Shown: piece after piece, positions 24,738-33,199 of the stretch
Position numbering within the stretch: position 1 is the first letter of the stretch
Layout of the letters: every line of letters starts with the position of its first letter
Virus record (IMG/VR): IMGVR_UViG_3300020049_008034
Coordinates: 1-64,000 of that record
Direction: 5' to 3' (one strand)
Source: a virus
Taxonomy: Duplodnaviria; Caudoviricetes
DNA: 64,000 bases
Position numbers and translations under genes: made by a program
The notes under the pieces: model-generated
What the model saw: the letters and a program-made list of their open reading frames with translations, nothing else
Told to the model about the DNA's origin: nothing
Databases searched by the model: none

Positions 24738-25039
24738 AAACAACATACTTGATCCTGGCCTGCATTCTTGTTGTTGCAATCCAATGTTCGGCACAAATTG
24801 CTTTTCGAAACCCATCCGGGCTCATGATAGTTGCTCCGCCTCCGGCATTTGGAGTTACTACAATTTACGATTATGTCGTCACTGACGGGAGACAGCAATG
24901 GCGACATAACACTTATAATTGGCGCGCACAGATCCCGGTTGGGCCAAATCGCTGCAAAATCTACCTCTGGGTACGAGAATACGTAAATCAACGACAAGTA
25001 AACCGTAAATTTTACATCTTTTATGAAGAAAATAATTAA
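24734..25039 (+). CDS. Secreted protein
   Basis: MKTTYLILACILVVAIQCSA-Q signal-like N-terminus. Confidence 0.65.
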   Translation: MKTTYLILACILVVAIQCSAQIAFRNPSGLMIVAPPPAFGVTTIYDYVVTDGRQQWRHNTYNWRAQIPVGPNRCKIYLWVREYVNQRQVNRKFYIFYEENN

Positions 25040-25286
25040 AATTGTTTTGATCATAGCAGTTTTTGTTTTAGCTTTGATCTTGACATTCACCAAGATGGTG
25101 GAAGGACTTTTAAACCTAATACTAGATTCGTTTTTATGAAACGTACCGCCCTATTAGCAGCAGGAATTGCTGCGATTATGTTGATTCCAATCGGATTCTT
25201 TTTCCCAGACAAAATAGGAGTAATCTCTATTGTTGGGGTTGCTTTTATTCTTTTATGTCTTTTTATGTACTTGCTATTTCGTAATT

Positions 25287-25601
25287 ATGAGTAAACATAT
25301 CAAGGTTTACGAAGAATTTTTCGGAACTCGGGATTGCGAACTTACTGGACTTAACGGTGCTGACATTCACCACATAGTTGCAAAACAAATGGGTGGCTCT
25401 AAGATTAGAGATAACATCGAGAACCTAATGGCGTTGACTCGCCAAGCCCACGAATACTTCGGAGACAAAAAACAATTCAAAGAGTGGCTTCAGGAGTGGC
25501 ACGACCAGTACATGAAGCACCAAACCCCAATGTATATCATCCGCCCGGATGATCCGATTCTAAAAGAATACCTAATTAAAATATATGGAAGTTATCTTTG
25601 A
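25287..25601 (+). CDS. HNH-family endonuclease
   Basis: DIHHIVAKQMGGS...DNIENLMALTRQAHE; start moved to MSKH. Confidence 0.75.
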   Translation: MSKHIKVYEEFFGTRDCELTGLNGADIHHIVAKQMGGSKIRDNIENLMALTRQAHEYFGDKKQFKEWLQEWHDQYMKHQTPMYIIRPDDPILKEYLIKIYGSYL

Positions 25602-25809
25602 TCACGACGCCGAAGGCAAGACAGACATCGAGGCGTACAATTATGTTCCAGAAGAGAATGATGTAATTGGAAACCTGATGGCTGCTGAAATTGCCATGAA
25701 GCGATATTCGTCTTACATTCACTTTAAAGGTGAATTATACAAGCACTGGAATCAGTTCCTCATGGCTTACCACACCGACCTGAATGAACGAGGAGTTAGT
25801 TTCGCTTAG
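25585..25809 (+). CDS. Hypothetical protein
   Basis: ORF track. Confidence 0.65.
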   Translation: MEVIFDHDAEGKTDIEAYNYVPEENDVIGNLMAAEIAMKRYSSYIHFKGELYKHWNQFLMAYHTDLNERGVSFA

Positions 25810-26089
25810 GTTTTGGCTGGGAATGAAACCCGAAGAACAGGCAGTAGCTTTTATCTGTCTTTATCTGTTAGATAAAAAACTAGCAAGTAAAGATGAGATA
25901 ATGAGCTACTGCCTTCATTCGTTTAAACCCGAAGGGAAACCTATTTTATTTGATTTAGCCAAACAGTATTTAAATGAGAAAGAAGCGATCAAACTTAACG
26001 CAAAAGGAGTCAAATATGCCCAACAACTCAAGCTCAGATATAATGCTTATCGAATTAGTCTTCGAGTTCAACACTCCGAGTCTGAATAG
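25784..26089 (+). CDS. Hypothetical protein
   Basis: ORF track. Confidence 0.65.
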   Translation: MNEELVSLRFWLGMKPEEQAVAFICLYLLDKKLASKDEIMSYCLHSFKPEGKPILFDLAKQYLNEKEAIKLNAKGVKYAQQLKLRYNAYRISLRVQHSESE

Positions 26090-26411
26090 AATGCAAAAAC
26101 AACGACATATGGATGCCCGGATGAAGTCAAAAATCAAGGAACACATGATCGCTCAGTTAAAAGAAAAATACGGCATTCCATTCCCAAGAGCCAAGGGGAA
26201 CGTAACAATAGAGTATACCAGAATTGGGAAGAGAGTTTTAGATCACGTCAACGCAGTCGGATCTTTAAAATGGTGGGAAGACAGACTTGTAGAGTTGGAA
26301 ATCTGCCCTAACGACCGCCCGGTTGACGATGGAGGATGTATGCACATGCCCATCGTCAACCAAATCAAAGGAGAGCCTGGGACTATTCTGCGAGTTCTTG
26401 TGCAAGAATAA
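26043..26411 (+). CDS. RusA-like Holliday junction resolvase
   Basis: PSLN...VTIEYTR...LDHVNAVGSLKWWED.LV..ICPND fits RusA spacing. Confidence 0.65.
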   Translation: MLIELVFEFNTPSLNRMQKQRHMDARMKSKIKEHMIAQLKEKYGIPFPRAKGNVTIEYTRIGKRVLDHVNAVGSLKWWEDRLVELEICPNDRPVDDGGCMHMPIVNQIKGEPGTILRVLVQE

Positions 26412-26721
26412 TCATTTCGTCTCCCCAATTTTGTTTTACTAAAAACACAAGTTGCTCATACTCAGCTTCCATTTGCCGAAGTCTTGCCAAAGTATCGATT
26501 GAAATATTTACCAACGGATTTGTTGCTCCATCAGTTGGCGGAGCATTTAAAAGATACCTCGAACCATCTCTAAAAATATAATGCTCCCCCTTTTCTACGT
26601 CTTCGACGAATTCTGCGAACTTGAGGAGGTCTGTGATGTCTCTTTCTCTTGAAAGATAGGCAACCATTTTTGCCATTGACCGCATGTGAAATAATTTAAA
26701 ACCGCACCACGAGCCATGCAT
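26383..26721 (-). CDS. Hypothetical protein (start uncertain)
   Basis: ORF track; 3' end overlaps the RusA-like gene at the convergence point. Confidence 0.6.
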   Translation of the reverse strand: MHGSWCGFKLFHMRSMAKMVAYLSRERDITDLLKFAEFVEDVEKGEHYIFRDGSRYLLNAPPTDGATNPLVNISIDTLARLRQMEAEYEQLVFLVKQNWGDEMIILAQELAE

Positions 26722-26837
26722 TCGGCTTTGTTATCCGGTAGGTGTGAGTAATTCTTTTTTACTTTTTCGTACTCTTCTCTAAGTTCTGGTATTTCTCGCC
26801 AGCGCTTAAATATCTCTTGGGGTCCTTTGAAAGTCAT
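26595..26837 (-). CDS. Hypothetical protein
   Basis: ORF track; overlaps the downstream ORF. Confidence 0.5.
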   Translation of the reverse strand: MTFKGPQEIFKRWREIPELREEYEKVKKNYSHLPDNKAECMARGAVLNYFTCGQWQKWLPIFQEKETSQTSSSSQNSSKT

Positions 26838-27207
26838 GCTTAGAAAACTCCTTAAAGTGTGTATAGAAGAAATGTTCTGAGACCTCGGATAATACTTGTA
26901 CTGTTTTTAAGCAGTCAATTGCTCTTTTCTCGTTGTTTTTCAACCTTTTAAGGAATTCTCTAAAGTTCCATCCAGTTTGGCGCTCTACTTCATTTTTAAT
27001 GAAGAGTTTAATCTCATCCGGGCGATCTCTCTTTACCTTTAGATCCATCCAGTAATGAAAATACTTGTAAACAAAAGACTGGCTCAGGATTTCGGCCTGA
27101 GCGATTTCTTTTATTTGTTTAACAGCCCACGGTTGTTTGGTCTTTAAACCTTCTTTTAGCGCTTCTACGTCGTATTTAGCGCTTACTTTAACCCACTTTG
27201 GCCCCAT
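26806..27207 (-). CDS. Hypothetical protein
   Basis: ORF track. Confidence 0.7.
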   Translation of the reverse strand: MGPKWVKVSAKYDVEALKEGLKTKQPWAVKQIKEIAQAEILSQSFVYKYFHYWMDLKVKRDRPDEIKLFIKNEVERQTGWNFREFLKRLKNNEKRAIDCLKTVQVLSEVSEHFFYTHFKEFSKHDFQRTPRDI

Positions 27208-27491
27208 CTTATGTTAATTTTGTTAGGTACTTGCTGGCCGAAGAATTTCTTCAGACCTTTTGTCGTTTCAAATATAATACCATCCGACCATAATTTTACT
27301 TTATTGCCAAGAAATTTTCCATCTTTAACAATAAAAAAATGGTTAGTGTAAGTCTGGAGTAATACATCTCCTGAGATGTATTCATAACCCATTGATTCGA
27401 CGTGAACTCCCATTTTAAGAGAAAGCTCTAACGCTTGTTGGGTTGTGATTTCTACTTCTTTTTTGTACATAGTCTTTCGTGATATTTCCAA
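27183..27491 (-). CDS. Hypothetical protein
   Basis: ORF track. Confidence 0.65.
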   Translation of the reverse strand: MEISRKTMYKKEVEITTQQALELSLKMGVHVESMGYEYISGDVLLQTYTNHFFIVKDGKFLGNKVKLWSDGIIFETTKGLKKFFGQQVPNKINIRWGQSGLK

Positions 27492-29014
27492 ATCCCACTT
27501 TCGTCTTCCTCAGCTTTTAAAAGTTCGAGGATTTGATCGTATTGGGTGTTTGGATCAAGTGAAGTATAACCATAAGTCTTAGCAGCGAAGACTGCCCATC
27601 TGTCGGACCATCCTTTTATTGCTGCGGTGATCCTTAAAAGCTCAGGTCTTTGAACAGCAGCGAAACGTTTTTTAATAGCTTCCCCTGAAGATGCTAGGAT
27701 TTTATCAATAAACAAATCAATCTGATCAACCTCTTCAAAATCAACCTCGTCGGCGTGTACTTTATCATCTGTGACTTTAAATTGAAATTTATAGCCGCAG
27801 TTTTTACAGAAATGCACCTGAACAGCTTGGACATGATCGCACTGAGGGCAAGTTTTAGTCGGAGCCACGCCGTCACGTTTAGGTTTTCCCGTAAGGTCAA
27901 ACCCCATTACGTCAAACTGCTCAGGGCCACCGTGGCGACGGACATTCATTCCTAAATCCAAAATAATGGCGTTGGGTTTTACGTAAATATCACCATCCTT
28001 AGCCCAGCTACTTCCGTCCCAGATTGGCCTTGCAGCCCTAGCGGTAGCTTGGATATATTTCACGATAGAAGCGGTGGCGCAGAGAAGCATGACGGCTCCG
28101 CAGTTATCCACCGAGACACCTTCAGACACCATAGAAATATTGACTAAAACTTTAAATAACTCGTCTTCAAACTCCTTTAAAACCCTTAGTTGTTCTTCAG
28201 GTCCCATGTCTGATGTGATCGCCTTAGCACTTATTCCGGCCTCGTTAAATCGCTTAGCAGTCTCGTGAGCGTGTTCTTTTCTGTTAGTTGTAAAAACTAT
28301 AGTCTGGCGGTTCTCGCAGTGCTGCTTCCATTTGTCTATGGCTGCTTGATAGATTCTATCATTGTCGAATTTCTTAAATACTTCTTTTTGGTTGAAGTCG
28401 ACATCTCCATCCGGGGTTGGCCTGATTTTTATCCCGGTAAAATCCAACCCTACGTTCGGAGCGATTAGTTTAAAAGGGACAAGGGCTTTTTGCTCAATCA
28501 GCTTCATTGTTGTTGTGGACTGGAGCAGGACATCAAAGTCGTTCTCAAAACTCTCACCGGACTTCATTCTCACCGGCGAAGCCGTGTATCCTATGATTAT
28601 CTTCCCTTTAAACTGTTCTAAAAGTCGTTGGTATTCTTTAGCCGGAGTCCGGTGAGCTTCATCGATCATTATGACATCAAAGTCTAGCTTGCGATTAAGG
28701 GCAGTTTGGTAAGTCGATAACATAACTGACTTACGAGCAGACTTCACTCCTGAGAGGCAAAACCCGAAGTCATGGAAGTTCATTTGTTTCTTTAGGCGGT
28801 CAGCCAGGGCGTTTGTACCGCTTACTAAATTCCGCTTGTGAGTCGTGAATAAAATTCGTTTCCCTTGCTTGGCCCAGTCTGCTATCCGATAGGCGATGCA
28901 ACTCCCTTTGCCTGAGCCGGCAGGCGCTACGTATAAAATCCTACGTTTGCCGATTGCTATGTAATCAAGGATAGCTTGATCGGCTCGTTGTTGGTAGTCT
29001 CTGAGTTTAAACAT
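27452..29014 (-). CDS. SF2 DEAH helicase with C-terminal Zn ribbon (RadD/UvsW-like)
   Basis: LRDYQ, APAGSGKG, IDEAHR, TASP, MVSEG, YIQATARAAR, CPQC..CKNCG; start moved to MFKLR. Confidence 0.9.
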   Translation of the reverse strand: MFKLRDYQQRADQAILDYIAIGKRRILYVAPAGSGKGSCIAYRIADWAKQGKRILFTTHKRNLVSGTNALADRLKKQMNFHDFGFCLSGVKSARKSVMLSTYQTALNRKLDFDVIMIDEAHRTPAKEYQRLLEQFKGKIIIGYTASPVRMKSGESFENDFDVLLQSTTTMKLIEQKALVPFKLIAPNVGLDFTGIKIRPTPDGDVDFNQKEVFKKFDNDRIYQAAIDKWKQHCENRQTIVFTTNRKEHAHETAKRFNEAGISAKAITSDMGPEEQLRVLKEFEDELFKVLVNISMVSEGVSVDNCGAVMLLCATASIVKYIQATARAARPIWDGSSWAKDGDIYVKPNAIILDLGMNVRRHGGPEQFDVMGFDLTGKPKRDGVAPTKTCPQCDHVQAVQVHFCKNCGYKFQFKVTDDKVHADEVDFEEVDQIDLFIDKILASSGEAIKKRFAAVQRPELLRITAAIKGWSDRWAVFAAKTYGYTSLDPNTQYDQILELLKAEEDESGIWKYHERLCTKKK

Positions 29015-29105
29015 AATGAGAAATGCCGCTTCAGACAGTAGGAGTGTCATCCACGGCATTAAGGGTGATAAAATTCTTTATGTGGCTCCTACCTCACAAG
29101 AAGAA

Positions 29106-29600
29106 TTACATGTAGCTTTTGATTATTTTAGCCCTTTCTTTGAATACTGCATTAATAACATCGGGGTTTCTAGTTAGGATGCCAGACTCGTATAGATCAC
29201 GATACGTATCAAGCCAATTGATAAACGGCCTTAAATCTCCGATTTTGCTCAGCCGGGCTCCAAGGTTAATGTCATCAATACAAAGCGTACCGTATGCCTT
29301 TGGCGAAGAGGTCCACTTTTCTTGAGTTGGATTCGTATTGATTCCATAAAGCGGAATGTTGCGATTCTCAAACCATTTCACTGCCTCAGACAAATAACAT
29401 CCGCCGTGTGGGTGAATATCGGGGTCGTCAGTGACGGGAGGTTCGGTGTGATCGCAACGCATAGTCCATAAGATAAGTTGATGCCCAGTAGCTACCAATT
29501 CTCTCAAAACAGGGGCAGCGCCGATGTCTTTACCGATGGCTGGGAATTCGTGGGTACAACATGTCCCGTCAAAATCAATTAAACAAATAAGTTTTTTCAT
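29106..29600 (-). CDS. HAD-superfamily hydrolase
   Basis: LIDFDGT motif I, LILWTMR, YG.LCIDD. Confidence 0.8.
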   Translation of the reverse strand: MKKLICLIDFDGTCCTHEFPAIGKDIGAAPVLRELVATGHQLILWTMRCDHTEPPVTDDPDIHPHGGCYLSEAVKWFENRNIPLYGINTNPTQEKWTSSPKAYGTLCIDDINLGARLSKIGDLRPFINWLDTYRDLYESGILTRNPDVINAVFKERAKIIKSYM

Positions 29601-30187
29601 TCAATTAAATATTTCATTTTTATCCCGCCGTTTTTGACGGAATAACCCTTTGATTCCATTTCCATCTCCCACGTCCTAAAGTGAACTCCATTACAGTACC
29701 CAGCCCCTTCTCCCCGTGCTGGAGTTTTGAAGGATATTGTTTGGTCGTAACTTAAGTCCGACACGGTGTTTTCCGGTGCTTTACATTCGAACAAGTAGTG
29801 GGTCTTAAAGAGTGATAAAAACTCAGCCCCGCACTTCGTTTCGTGTATTGTCGAGTTGTATTCGATTGCCTTAGCCATAGCCGCATAGAAACCCATGTAC
29901 CTCACCAACCATCCAAACGGAGCTGTATTGAATCCAGGATTATTACCCGGATGAATACCATGCCCCTTCAAGTGTTGTTTCATGGCCGCAGCCTTTTGAT
30001 CGGCTTCAGTTCCGTTGTCGTACTTGGTCCTAAAAACAGCTTGAGCAATCTTCCCCCATGGAGTGACTTGGTAGATTCCATCTTTAAGGCTCAACCATTT
30101 ATAAGACTCCGCTTCTTTGATTCCGGCTTTCAGCATATTGATTTTAGAATCATCTACCGAAAACGGAGCTACTGTCATCGCCCACAT
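29597..30187 (-). CDS. Hypothetical protein
   Basis: ORF track. Confidence 0.7.
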   Translation of the reverse strand: MWAMTVAPFSVDDSKINMLKAGIKEAESYKWLSLKDGIYQVTPWGKIAQAVFRTKYDNGTEADQKAAAMKQHLKGHGIHPGNNPGFNTAPFGWLVRYMGFYAAMAKAIEYNSTIHETKCGAEFLSLFKTHYLFECKAPENTVSDLSYDQTISFKTPARGEGAGYCNGVHFRTWEMEMESKGYSVKNGGIKMKYLIE

Positions 30188-30381
30188 AAGCTTTCAAGTT
30201 TTAATGGCCAAATAAGCATCATTGATACGATTTCAACTTTGAATTCCTTCTCGTCCCACTCATTTAATTGAATGTCATCCTCAAATTTTTCAACGTAGAT
30301 ATGGTATCTAAGCTTAAAATCTGTGAGGAATAAAATAAGGACTCCAAAGTAGATTGAAAATACTATAAGCATGGCATCCAT
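30175..30381 (-). CDS. Small membrane protein
   Basis: Hydrophobic N-terminus and LIWP motif. Confidence 0.6.
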   Translation of the reverse strand: MDAMLIVFSIYFGVLILFLTDFKLRYHIYVEKFEDDIQLNEWDEKEFKVEIVSMMLIWPLKLESLCGR

Positions 30382-30542
30382 TTTGTAAACAACCTAGCTT
30401 TCCCTCTCTCATCCCTAAAATCAGCTAGAGCTTCGTCTGCTGGGAATGGGTTATTCCATCTAACCGTAAAGGGGTGGTTATCTAAGTATTTAACTACAAT
30501 CCATTCCCCAGTTCTTGGGGCAGTGTTTTCTGGTTGCCACAT
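30363..30542 (-). CDS. DUF551-like small protein (59 aa, below cutoff)
   Basis: Manual translation MWQPENTAPRTGEWI...TKWMPCL. Confidence 0.6.
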   Translation of the reverse strand: MWQPENTAPRTGEWIVVKYLDNHPFTVRWNNPFPADEALADFRDERGKARLFTKWMPCL

Positions 30543-31138
30543 TAGAACATAATTTTAATCCCACCAGTTACTCCCGGCTTCCCGTTCCACATAACCCCTC
30601 CTATGAGGCTTAGGGCTGGCGTGAGTGGCTTTTCGTAGGATAGTTGATAGATTGGATTGCTGCCAATTAAAATGCCGTAGGAAGCGCTTAAACCGTGTTT
30701 GAACTTCTTGTAGGTAACTGAATCCTTAACAACACGGTTTCTTTCAATCCACAAATCGTTGGTCGTTTGAGAAAGAATGTCAACCAAGCTGTTTTTGTCT
30801 TCAACTAAAAGTTCATTTTCATTTTGGAGCTTTTCCGCTTCGACAGTCATCCGGGCGATTTGCGACCTAAAGGCGTAAAAACTTACGGAATCTGGCAGTC
30901 CATAATGGATTGAATCCCGGATGACCCGAATCTTGTCGATATGCTTCGTGCTAACGACGGTATTTTTGACTGCATAAGGCACATAAACCGTGTCCACCTT
31001 AACGACAGTCTTTGTGGCTACCTTGGTAATTGTCTCAGCTACATCAGCCGGAACTTCACACTTATTCAGCCCGAAGGCCATTAGGATTGCGGCGATAAAC
31101 GCGCCTAGAGGTATCATGTTTTTCATTCGATTGTCCAT
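30542..31138 (-). CDS. Membrane-anchored coiled-coil protein (spanin-like?)
   Basis: N-terminal hydrophobic helix plus Cys, coiled coil, beta-rich C-terminus. Confidence 0.55.
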   Translation of the reverse strand: MDNRMKNMIPLGAFIAAILMAFGLNKCEVPADVAETITKVATKTVVKVDTVYVPYAVKNTVVSTKHIDKIRVIRDSIHYGLPDSVSFYAFRSQIARMTVEAEKLQNENELLVEDKNSLVDILSQTTNDLWIERNRVVKDSVTYKKFKHGLSASYGILIGSNPIYQLSYEKPLTPALSLIGGVMWNGKPGVTGGIKIMF

Positions 31139-31461
31139 TCTCCTTGTTTGATAATAGGGGTTTCTCCGTCGTTAAAGTTAGACATAAAAACCTCGCCTTC
31201 ATGTTGCTTAATAGTATGTGCAGTCCCAAGCATTCGATTGCTTAGGTAAATTTTTGCTTCATCGTCGAATTGTTCATCCGGGATTTTGTGGCAAATTTCG
31301 AATACTAATTCTCTCCAAGTCATTGTTAAAGATTTGGATGGGGAGATATTAATATCTCCCCATCTTTGATTAAAACGGTAAATCGTCTTTCTTTTCAAAC
31401 ACATCAGTAGGCGGTGGGGGAGGAGTTGATTCTCCCTGTTCCTGCGGGACATAGTCGTCAA
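31123..31461 (-). CDS. Hypothetical protein (start uncertain)
   Basis: ORF track. Confidence 0.55.
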   Translation of the reverse strand: MTTMSRRNRENQLLPHRLLMCLKRKTIYRFNQRWGDINISPSKSLTMTWRELVFEICHKIPDEQFDDEAKIYLSNRMLGTAHTIKQHEGEVFMSNFNDGETPIIKQGEWTIE

Positions 31462-32197
31462 AGTCGCCGGCCCAATATTTGGGCAGCTCCTCGTTGAATC
31501 GATGCCATTGATTCATAGCTTCGTTGAAGATCTCGGGCTTGGTATCTTTTAACCAAACCAACTCTGGCACAGGGTAGGTGTTCTCCTTCCCTACCTTCTC
31601 GCTCTTAAAGGTGTTTGTTTGCCCTAAGTACTTGATGCCAACCCCCCCCAATTCATAGGCAGAAATCTGTTCAGCAATCTCTCCTTTACCTTCAGTGATT
31701 AGAGATAATTTGAGCTCTTCGACTTTCTTTTCGATGTTCTTATACCCCGTGTATTTGGAGTGGATCAGAACAATGCTCGGATCATCCGGGCCGTTCTTGC
31801 GGAATTTCCCGCTGTCTTCAATGTCGTAAGACAACATTTTTACGAGTGTGAAGTTTTTGAACTCAGAATCGGCGAAGTCTCGCTCGTTGCGAACTTTAAA
31901 CCAATCGATGAGTCCAAAATCATTCACCATCTCCTTACCCTTGTATAGCTTGGTTCGGACTTTTTTGCCCCGAGTGAATACAGAGGCTCCGTATTCAGAA
32001 CGAAATTCAAAAGGTTCTTTACCGCCTCCAATTCGGTAAACGTCGGAACGGATGACAATTGCCCAGATATTTTTCACTTCCTTCCAAACATCTTTGGCTG
32101 AGTAGAAGAAACCTTTCTTGTCGCAGTTCCACGTAATTGTAGCGTCAATTGGCAGGCCTTTACCAGACCCCGCTACTTTGCCATCAAATAATCCCAT
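31370..32197 (-). CDS. Putative ssDNA-binding or annealing protein
   Basis: Acidic Pro-rich tail ending DDLPF; adjacent to an exonuclease. Confidence 0.55.
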   Translation of the reverse strand: MGLFDGKVAGSGKGLPIDATITWNCDKKGFFYSAKDVWKEVKNIWAIVIRSDVYRIGGGKEPFEFRSEYGASVFTRGKKVRTKLYKGKEMVNDFGLIDWFKVRNERDFADSEFKNFTLVKMLSYDIEDSGKFRKNGPDDPSIVLIHSKYTGYKNIEKKVEELKLSLITEGKGEIAEQISAYELGGVGIKYLGQTNTFKSEKVGKENTYPVPELVWLKDTKPEIFNEAMNQWHRFNEELPKYWAGDFDDYVPQEQGESTPPPPPTDVFEKKDDLPF

Positions 32198-32212
32198 TTT
32201 GTTACTGTTTTG

Positions 32213-33148
32213 TTATAATTGATAGTTGATAATGTGTTTTGAAGCATCAAACGCTCCTTCAAATTTCCCTTGAATAAAGGAAAACTTGGAACTTGGTTTG
32301 TCTAAATACCCCATAGTTTTAGCCTCAAGCATTTTCATTACGAAAAGATTGATAGGACCGTTAGGGGAGATTAGATCTCGTGAGAATTTATTATTAGTTT
32401 GGTTTTTTAGTTCGTAGGTAGGAACGTCTCCTTTATAATTCGTAGGGGCAAAGTTGAAGAGATGAGTAATTGGCAACTCAGGAAAGTTCTCATTCCAACA
32501 AAACTTCTGGCCTTCCAATTGGAATTCATGGCCATTATGGAACTCCTTTTTCTTGGATGATCCTGGTTCAAGGATCATAGATTTGAAGTCCACTCCAGCT
32601 ACCACTGGCTTGCCGTTAAACATAAGCTCACAAACCATATCTAACGTAGCAGCATAACCTAGCTGAGAACGTATAGGAAGTTCAATAGCGTAAATGTCAG
32701 TGACTTTTTCTTCCAAAAATTGAAAGAAACACGTCAAACCTTTTTTAAACCCTTCGATCCACCTCGGAGCCATGTGAGCGTAATCGCCTAACATGTTTTC
32801 GAAGTTTGTTTTTCCTTTAGTAATACGGGAGAGCCAATCAAAATCGAACCCGCCTTGTTTTACTTTCATGGAACAACAAGTGTGATACGCTGTTCCGTAG
32901 GCGGCGGCAGCATCCCGGATGGTTTCGGCTTGCTCCCCATGCTTCATGGCCCATTTGACAAACTCTATCCCCTTCGGAAGGAGTTTGTCACTCAAATTTG
33001 TTACGGAGCAATAATGACGCACTTCGTCGCCGATAAACTCGTAATAAAAACGACCCGCTCCGAGATCTTTACGGTAAAGCCGATAAGGTCTTCTTTTGTA
33101 GAAGAAATCCGGCTTTACTTCTTCGAATAGTTTTTTAATGTTTTTCAT
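32213..33148 (-). CDS. PD-(D/E)XK exonuclease (lambda-exo-like)
   Basis: AAYGTAYH, AIELPI...YAATLDM...GVDFKS...QLEGQ. Confidence 0.75.
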   Translation of the reverse strand: MKNIKKLFEEVKPDFFYKRRPYRLYRKDLGAGRFYYEFIGDEVRHYCSVTNLSDKLLPKGIEFVKWAMKHGEQAETIRDAAAAYGTAYHTCCSMKVKQGGFDFDWLSRITKGKTNFENMLGDYAHMAPRWIEGFKKGLTCFFQFLEEKVTDIYAIELPIRSQLGYAATLDMVCELMFNGKPVVAGVDFKSMILEPGSSKKKEFHNGHEFQLEGQKFCWNENFPELPITHLFNFAPTNYKGDVPTYELKNQTNNKFSRDLISPNGPINLFVMKMLEAKTMGYLDKPSSKFSFIQGKFEGAFDASKHIINYQL

Positions 33149-33166
33149 TTACACTTTGTTACGATG

Positions 33167-33197
33167 CAAATGTAGCATTGTTATTTTTATTTTCCAA
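33167..33197 (-). promoter_or_regulatory. Promoter for the leftward DNA-metabolism block
   Basis: Minus strand TTG (33197-33195), N20, TACATTTG (33174-33167). Confidence 0.7.
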
Positions 33198-33199
33198 AT

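Noticed and set aside
32213-33148. Cas4 call for the PD-(D/E)XK nuclease
   Set aside because: Lacks the four-Cys Fe-S arrangement; the SSB-like neighbour fits a recombination exonuclease.
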